Of a DNA stretch of 64,000 nt, positions 57,788 to 64,000 are shown piece after piece (within the stretch, counting starts at the first letter, position 1; the number at the start of each line of letters is the position of its first letter). This DNA comes from Holophagae bacterium. GTDB taxonomy: Bacteria > Acidobacteriota > Holophagae > Acanthopleuribacterales > Acanthopleuribacteraceae. A program made the translations under genes and the position numbers. The DNA lies in NCBI GenBank assembly GCA_030429565.1, contig JAUIFE010000004.1:158848-222847 (forward strand), read 5' to 3'. Under the pieces are notes generated by a model. The model saw nothing but the letters and a program-made list of their open reading frames with translations. It was not told the origin of the DNA and ran no database searches.

Positions 57788-58170
57788 ACTACCTTAAAGG
57801 TTTCAATCACGGACTGAATGAAGGCGTTGCGGGCGGTACGTGCCTGCTGAACGGTTTGGTTGTGCAGGGACAACAAACTTTGTTGTTCCGGCGTCAAGCC
57901 GTCCTTGATGAACAGGGCGGTGTCCATATCAGCTTCGATGTGGGTGACAGCCAAGGCGTTGAGGCCTTGGCTCTTGACGCCTTTGATGTTTGACAAAATG
58001 TCCTGAAAGGTAATGGTTGTATCGGCTTGCCCGTCGCCTGCTTGTTGGTTGAGGGTGACATCGATCTCGCCGGTAAGCGTGACCACGTCAAGCGTCGCAA
58101 TGTCGGTGACCATGGCTTCGATGGAATCCCAAAATTTGGCGAGAGGACCGGATGGCACATTGTTGCTCAT
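57784..58170 (-). CDS. hypothetical 128-aa protein
   Basis: small ORF between the peptidase and the 537-aa gene with overlapping stop/start; no motif. Confidence 0.4.
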   Translation of the reverse strand: MSNNVPSGPLAKFWDSIEAMVTDIATLDVVTLTGEIDVTLNQQAGDGQADTTITFQDILSNIKGVKSQGLNALAVTHIEADMDTALFIKDGLTPEQQSLLSLHNQTVQQARTARNAFIQSVIETFKVV

Positions 58171-58195
58171 GAAAAACTCCTTGTTGGATTGGCGT

Positions 58196-59110
58196 TTAAC
58201 GCCAGTTCACTTTGTAGACACGGTCGCGGAAGCGCCAGGGCGGCGTACCTTCCAGTTGGTCTTGGGGGTAGACTTTGAGCAGTTCGCCGCCGAAGGTGGA
58301 GGCGCCGGGAATCAGGCCTTGTTCGAATTGGAAGTGCCACCACTCCGAGGCAAGGGGGTCGCCGTTTTGTTCAAAACGCAGCCGGTAGGGGATGGGGTAA
58401 AAGTCGAATTCGGCCATCAGTGCGGTCAAATCGAAAAACGGGCCGGTGACGCTGCGTTTTTTGGTGAAACCGGGGTCGCCGCTGACGAGAATGTTCTCAA
58501 GTGTCACCTCGGCCACTTTGTCGGCGGTGCCACGGGCAAAAACCCGTAGACTGCGTTTGACGGAGTCCTCAAGCTGGACCACGTAGGGATCGCTGTCGGG
58601 ACGGCGCAGGGCGCACCAAAAGAATAGGTCGAGTGCGCGGCCGAGGTAGTGAAACGAGGTGGCACTGCGGTTGTAGGCGGTGTGCGCGTTCAGGCAACGG
58701 CGGCCGGCCGAAGAGGTCAGCATCCCACCGCGTGCGTTGACCTGTTCTTTAAGTAGCGTGTAGGCGTGGGCGGCGTCGGCGCGCAGAAAAAGACAGTGAT
58801 TGCCGCCTGGAAAATCATCGGCATGGACCTTCATAAAAGGAATTAGGTTGCCGGAGGCGGCGGCGGTGCCCGGCGAGTTGAGTTCAATCACATGGTGTTG
58901 GTAGGCGTTTTCGATGGCGGCCATGGTGATCGGTCCAATGCAGCCGTCGGCGTAGATGCCCGCGAATTCTTGGAAACGGATGACGGCTTGTTCGGTGCGG
59001 TGGTCAAAGTTTTTATCAACCGGACCCGGATAAAAGCCGAGCGCGAGCAGTAGTTGCTGCACTGCTGCAACGGATTCAGAACCCTTTGGGGTTTCCCGAC
59101 TTAACGTCAT
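58196..59110 (-). CDS. peptidoglycan-binding domain plus M15-family (VanY/LAS-type) zinc peptidase
   Basis: N-terminal PG_binding_1-like repeat (AVQQLLLALGFYPGPVDKNFDHRTEQAVIRFQ); SFHYLGRALDL (SxHxxGxAxD) and EWWHFQF (ExxH) zinc-ligand motifs. Confidence 0.65.
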   Translation of the reverse strand: MTLSRETPKGSESVAAVQQLLLALGFYPGPVDKNFDHRTEQAVIRFQEFAGIYADGCIGPITMAAIENAYQHHVIELNSPGTAAASGNLIPFMKVHADDFPGGNHCLFLRADAAHAYTLLKEQVNARGGMLTSSAGRRCLNAHTAYNRSATSFHYLGRALDLFFWCALRRPDSDPYVVQLEDSVKRSLRVFARGTADKVAEVTLENILVSGDPGFTKKRSVTGPFFDLTALMAEFDFYPIPYRLRFEQNGDPLASEWWHFQFEQGLIPGASTFGGELLKVYPQDQLEGTPPWRFRDRVYKVNWR

Positions 59111-59368
59111 GAATTAACCTCGTGTTGGGGGATATTGGTTTGCCTGATCCTACCATCTCACGTTGCGAAAAAACAGCATTGCCGCGAATATTTAGCGCCG
59201 ACCGCCGCCGTAAGATGCGGGCGTTGTATTCCTCTCATCAGATCCGTTTTTCTCTGTCATAATGGGGTCTCAAGCTGGACATCAATCAACATGCAACGGT
59301 TAACCCGTTGGGTGCACCATCGCCCGACGCCGCTTGCCCATAACGGAACCACCACTTAGGGGAACAAC

Positions 59369-62300
59369 ATGCTTGTAAAGAGGCCCGTGCGTTTTTTGGG
59401 TTTGATCACCATGGTTTGCATCGTTTTGGGGGGGCTTTTCGCGGGGGAAACCCTGGAACAAGGCGATGGGTACTACACGATTGATCGCCAGGTTTTCGAG
59501 GTCAATGAAACCATTCAGTTGGTAGCGGAATACGATGAAGAGGTAACCGATGTGCAGTTCCGTTGGTCGCTTGGCGACGGACGCGAACTTGACGGTGCCG
59601 AGGTGGTTTTCAGCTATACCCAAGCCGGCGTGTATGAAGTGGCGCTGTACAGCGTATACAGCGACGGCGATATCGCCGATGATCCCTATACCCATTACGT
59701 TTTTGTCAACGATAGTGCCGCCGTTCCGGTGAACACCGAACCCTTGCCCAATTTGGAGCAGCCCAAGTTCGGCCGTGTCTTTGCTCTAAGCGAGGCCGTG
59801 CCTTACGCCGGTTACGGCTTTGATTACGACGATGATACGGTTGAAACCTACTGGGATTTCGACGACGGTACGGTCGCGGTCGGTGAAGAAGGCGTCAAGT
59901 GTTTTACCTTTCCAGGCCATTATGCGGTGCGCATGTACGTGCGTGACAGTAAGGGTTACACCAATCGCTTCAGCGAGGACGCCCTGATTTACATCTACGA
60001 GGATGAGCCACCGCTTGAAGGTGTGATCGTATCGCCACCGCAGCCCGATGAAGAGCAACAGGAACGGGGCGGCGTGATTATGCGTCCCAATCAGCCGTTG
60101 GTTTTCCGCGGCGAAGCAGCCGCCGGTGTGGTGGCCGGCAATAGCGACGGTCGTTGGCTTTTTGAGGACGAAGAAGGCAATATCGTGCTGGAGCGACAAG
60201 GTCTGGAAATCGAAGTCGCCTTTGCCGAAGAGGGCGAATTAACCGCCTTGTTTTATTTGATTGATCCGGTTGACAGCGATCGTTCCGACCCGATTCCCGA
60301 TGAACGCAACCTGTTGGTGGTTGGTAACCTCGCGCCCGAGTTTGAGATTTTGGAGCCCGGTTTCGATGTGCAAATTGAAGTGGGTGACGCCCTTCCGTTC
60401 GCGGCCGAGGTTGAAGAAGAGGAGGGCGACGCCGTCACGGTTACCTGGCAAATCTCCGATGGTCGCGTTTTTAGCGGGGAACGCATCGATGAAGTGATTT
60501 TTGCCCAAACCGGCTTGTTTTGGGTCGACGCCTTCGCCACCGACAGTCGTGGTGCCGTCGGTCGTGACACCCGCATCTACGTTAACGTCTTGCCGCTTGA
60601 CTTCGACGAGGACGATGCCCCTCGCTTCACCGGCTACACCCCAAAGGAATTGCAGCTATTGGGTCCGGAACGCTTTAATTTTTACTTCTCCGCGAGCGCC
60701 GTAAACCCAGATGGTTCCCCCGTCACGGAGTACCTGTGGGATTTTGATAACGGCACCACCGCGGCGGTTGCCAATCCCGGCAACGTCGCCTACGCGCAAG
60801 CTGGTGAGTATTTTCCGCGCGTATTTGCCCGGGGCGACAACGGCGTTTGGTCGCTGTACCCTCACGAATGGCGTGTGGTCATTTTTGACAAATCCAACAT
60901 TCCGCCCATTACCGAAATCACGCAACCGCCGCCGATTGCCGGCTTGGAAAACGATTTTTTTGGCGCGCGTGTTCTGCTGCACGACATCACGCAACCACTG
61001 GTGCTCGAAGGTACCGCCACCGATCTCGACGGCGACTTACCGCTGCAGGTTGGCTGGTTTCTGGAACCCATAGATTACGACGAAGAAGAGCTCGAGGTGC
61101 CCTTTAGCACCGTGCTCAAGCCCGAGCCGCTGCGCTTCGAGGAAGTCGGCTACTACCATTTGGAATTGGAAGCCTGCGACAGCCGCATGAACTGTGAGGG
61201 CATCGACGATTTCCGTTTGGTTCAGGTCTACGATGCGAGCCTTAAACCGGAGGCGGAAATCATTGAACCCGATGGGACTTATACGGTGGCTCCAGGGGAA
61301 CCGGTTTATTTTGAGGCGGTTGGGTACGATCCCAACGATTTAGATATGGAATTTTACTGGGACTTTGGTGCCAATGCTTCGCCGTCGACCTATGTCGGTC
61401 GCGAAGCCGGTCCGATTGTCTTTAGCGGGCCCGACGATGGTTCGATCACCGTTGACGTCGCCGTAACGGTCAAAACACCGGTAAATGAAAGCGCCGCACC
61501 CGCGCTGCGCCAGGTGATCATTGCTGATTTGGACGAAACCGATTTTGAACCCAACAACAGTTTTACCGAAGCCAAACCCTTGGCGCGTGGTGCCTACAAC
61601 AATCTGGTACTCGGCGACGACGACCCCTTCGACTACTTCATTTTTAACGTTGATCGCGACGGCCGTGATTTTCGTTTGGAGCTGGATAGTCTTGAAGAGC
61701 TGCTGGTGACGGTTTACGAAATCAACAACGGCGTTCCGTCTGACACGCCGATCGATGCGTTTTTGGTTAAAAACGACAGTTTGCTGATTGAGGATGTCGC
61801 GCGCGGCGAGTACTTGCTCGTGTTTTCGGTACCACCCGCCAAAGACGGCAAAAGGCGCAATCTGAACTACGGCATGACCGTCACCACCTTACAGCCCCAA
61901 TTGTTCCTGCCGTTTTTGGTGGAAGACGGCAGCCTGAGCAGCCGTATTGGCTTGGTGAACGTGCACCCCGAACCCGTGGAAATAACCCTGGTTGGTTTGG
62001 ACGGACAAGGTAAAACGATTGACCAACGCACGCTAAGTTTGGCCGCCAAACAACGGTTATACCAACCTGCGCTCGACTTTTTCGGTACCGAAAACAACAT
62101 CAAAAAAGCGCTGCGCATCAAGTGGGTTAAGGTGCTTTCAACGCGGCGTTTGGTCGGTTTTGTTAACGCAGAAACCCGCGACAAACTCCAGCTCATGAGT
62201 GTCGGCGCCTCGAAGTCACTGCAATCGGAGGTGATCGTGCCGCACATCGCCGCACGCACCGACCAGTGGTACACGCGCGCGGTGGTTGTGAACGGCGGTG

Positions 62301-63208
62301 AACAAGCGCAATCGCTCGATTTTACGGCGGTAAACGGCGCGACCGAGATCGGGGTTAATGCCGCCTCAGCGCAAACCGATTTCCGTTTCCGCGAGAAATT
62401 TACAGCCTTGCCGGAGTGGGGTCGCTTTAAAGATCGCGACGGTCGCCCTAGTATCAGCGGTATCGAAATATTCGGCCGGGTCGACGGCGCCAAACAGATG
62501 GCGGGTCTCGAGATGGTGCTGCCGCGTTCCGCCAATCCCAACTTCTTGAGTGACGCCAATACCATTTACTTCACCCACGTGGCGGCCGACACCACCAACT
62601 TCTGGACCGGTATCGCCCTGATTAACGCTGATGCGACCACCGCCGGCTATAACCTGTTCGGCTATGACGCCGCCGGCCAGGTGGTGCAATCGCTCAGCAA
62701 TCAAAGCTTGCCGCCCAATGGGAAGCTCCTCAACACCGTGCAGGGTATTTTTGGTCCCAATCACGGTGTTGCTTGGATTAAGGTGGTCGCGGATAGCTCG
62801 ATTTCCGGCTTCGAACTTTTTGGTGATCCAGGCGGCCGCCGCTTGGCCGGTTTCCCCGCCGTGGAAAACCTGACCGACCATCTGTGTTTCCCACATCTGG
62901 ACATTGTGGCCGGTCAACGCTGGACCGGGATCGCTCTGTTAAATGTGGGGACGGCGACAACCAACGTCACCATTACCGCTTACTCGGCTGCCGGCGGTAA
63001 AGTCGGCGAAACCAGCCGCGCGCTGGCACCTTTGTCTAAGTTGGTGGCCTTACCGGAAACCCTGTTCGACGGTGGTTTGCCGGCCAACGCGGTTTATTTA
63101 GAAGTGCAAGCTGACCGCAAAACCATTAACGGTTTTCAGTTGTTCGGTACCCTCGATCAGAACGGCTTAGGCGATCAATTCGCTGGTCTACCGGGGCAAA
63201 CCCAATAA
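59369..63208 (+). CDS. large secreted multi-PKD-domain protein with PPC domain and about 450-aa C-terminal domain
   Basis: signal/TM anchor LGLITMVCIVLGGLFAG; at least five PKD-like repeats with WDFDDG / WDFDNG / WDFGAN cores; PPC-like segment FEPNNSFTEAKPL...GDDDPFDYFIFNV. Confidence 0.7.
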   Translation: MLVKRPVRFLGLITMVCIVLGGLFAGETLEQGDGYYTIDRQVFEVNETIQLVAEYDEEVTDVQFRWSLGDGRELDGAEVVFSYTQAGVYEVALYSVYSDGDIADDPYTHYVFVNDSAAVPVNTEPLPNLEQPKFGRVFALSEAVPYAGYGFDYDDDTVETYWDFDDGTVAVGEEGVKCFTFPGHYAVRMYVRDSKGYTNRFSEDALIYIYEDEPPLEGVIVSPPQPDEEQQERGGVIMRPNQPLVFRGEAAAGVVAGNSDGRWLFEDEEGNIVLERQGLEIEVAFAEEGELTALFYLIDPVDSDRSDPIPDERNLLVVGNLAPEFEILEPGFDVQIEVGDALPFAAEVEEEEGDAVTVTWQISDGRVFSGERIDEVIFAQTGLFWVDAFATDSRGAVGRDTRIYVNVLPLDFDEDDAPRFTGYTPKELQLLGPERFNFYFSASAVNPDGSPVTEYLWDFDNGTTAAVANPGNVAYAQAGEYFPRVFARGDNGVWSLYPHEWRVVIFDKSNIPPITEITQPPPIAGLENDFFGARVLLHDITQPLVLEGTATDLDGDLPLQVGWFLEPIDYDEEELEVPFSTVLKPEPLRFEEVGYYHLELEACDSRMNCEGIDDFRLVQVYDASLKPEAEIIEPDGTYTVAPGEPVYFEAVGYDPNDLDMEFYWDFGANASPSTYVGREAGPIVFSGPDDGSITVDVAVTVKTPVNESAAPALRQVIIADLDETDFEPNNSFTEAKPLARGAYNNLVLGDDDPFDYFIFNVDRDGRDFRLELDSLEELLVTVYEINNGVPSDTPIDAFLVKNDSLLIEDVARGEYLLVFSVPPAKDGKRRNLNYGMTVTTLQPQLFLPFLVEDGSLSSRIGLVNVHPEPVEITLVGLDGQGKTIDQRTLSLAAKQRLYQPALDFFGTENNIKKALRIKWVKVLSTRRLVGFVNAETRDKLQLMSVGASKSLQSEVIVPHIAARTDQWYTRAVVVNGGEQAQSLDFTAVNGATEIGVNAASAQTDFRFREKFTALPEWGRFKDRDGRPSISGIEIFGRVDGAKQMAGLEMVLPRSANPNFLSDANTIYFTHVAADTTNFWTGIALINADATTAGYNLFGYDAAGQVVQSLSNQSLPPNGKLLNTVQGIFGPNHGVAWIKVVADSSISGFELFGDPGGRRLAGFPAVENLTDHLCFPHLDIVAGQRWTGIALLNVGTATTNVTITAYSAAGGKVGETSRALAPLSKLVALPETLFDGGLPANAVYLEVQADRKTINGFQLFGTLDQNGLGDQFAGLPGQTQ

Positions 63209-63272
63209 AAAAACGGCCGTCGTCCTAATGGGGCGACGGCCGTTACCTGTTTATGGGTCTAATCGCGAGGGG

Positions 63273-64000
63273 TTAAGGGCGATCCCACTCGTCGTGGTGG
63301 GCGGCATCGCGCACATCCCATTCCTGAGTGTCAAAACGCTCATCTTCCACATCGAGCAGCAGCCAAGTGAGAAACTTGGCGACTTGTTCCGGCGCTTGCA
63401 GGCGTCCTTCGTCTTTTAAATCGACAAAACGCTGGAGATCGGGAAAGACCTCGGGAGAAGCGGCGCGAACTTCGCCTTGCATCGGGGTATCAACTACGCC
63501 CGGTCGTGCGCTGCCGATGTTAATGCCGCGTTCCTTGAGTTCTTCCCGCAGGACTTGGTAAATCATGTGAAGGGCGGCTTTGCTGGTGCAGTAGGCGCCC
63601 CAACCGCGATAAGGGTTGTGAGCGGCGCCCGATGAAATGTGTAAAATACGGCCGCCGGTACTCATGTGAGGCACCACGAGTTGTGTCAAAAACAGTGGTG
63701 CGTGAACATTAATCGCCATGTGATCGACCCAGGCGGTCGGATCGACCTCTAAAAGGGGGGCAACCGGTTGCAGGGTGGCGGCGTTGTGGACGAGCAAACC
63801 AATTTCGGTATCGGGTGGGAGTTGGTCGACGACGGCGCGACGCCCGGCGTCCGTGGCCAAATCGGCGACAAGGATTTGGATGCGATCGGGAAAAGCGGCG
63901 TGTGTTTCTTTGAGCAGATGCTCGCGCCGGCCAATGCCGAGGACGTTGATGCCGAGTTTGGCGAGGGCGTGGGTAAGCGCACGGCCGATGCCGGTGCCGG
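63273..64000 (-). CDS. short-chain dehydrogenase/reductase (SDR), 5'-truncated by the window edge
   Basis: YCTSK active-site motif; the frame continues open to position 64000, where GTGIGRALT (Rossmann glycine motif) is encoded, so the N-terminus lies outside the window. Confidence 0.75.
   Translation of the reverse strand, partial: GTGIGRALTHALAKLGINVLGIGRREHLLKETHAAFPDRIQILVADLATDAGRRAVVDQLPPDTEIGLLVHNAATLQPVAPLLEVDPTAWVDHMAINVHAPLFLTQLVVPHMSTGGRILHISSGAAHNPYRGWGAYCTSKAALHMIYQVLREELKERGINIGSARPGVVDTPMQGEVRAASPEVFPDLQRFVDLKDEGRLQAPEQVAKFLTWLLLDVEDERFDTQEWDVRDAAHHDEWDRP

Overview
A 64-kb, GC-rich (about 60%) chromosomal segment, with gene content that points to a Gram-negative-type bacterium (assignment is inferential). 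About 48 protein-coding genes are tightly packed on both strands. I saw no rRNA, no CRISPR array, no transposase or integrase, and no intact tRNA. One degenerate tRNA-like fragment sits next to an AT-rich spacer. The window is dominated by signal transduction: three Hanks-type Ser/Thr kinases, one immediately downstream of an ECF sigma factor, one whose stop overlaps a SET-domain methyltransferase gene, and one carrying C-terminal TPR repeats. It also holds a TonB-receptor/DUF4154/hybrid-histidine-kinase unit whose kinase appears frameshifted, an orphan CheA, a DUF4388 response regulator, a Roadblock/LC7 protein, a FIST protein and several LysR/MarR/AraC regulators. Housekeeping or accessory genes include tag, pcm, sppA, chrA, a YhhQ-type transporter, a two-subunit molybdenum hydroxylase, an SPFH/flotillin-like protein with tandem N-terminal repeats, a peptidoglycan-binding M15 peptidase operon and a 1279-aa multi-PKD secreted protein. 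All calls rest on reading the six-frame translations, start-codon and RBS context, and remembered family motifs. No database search was possible. The ORF track uses non-ATG starts, so several starts were re-placed by eye.
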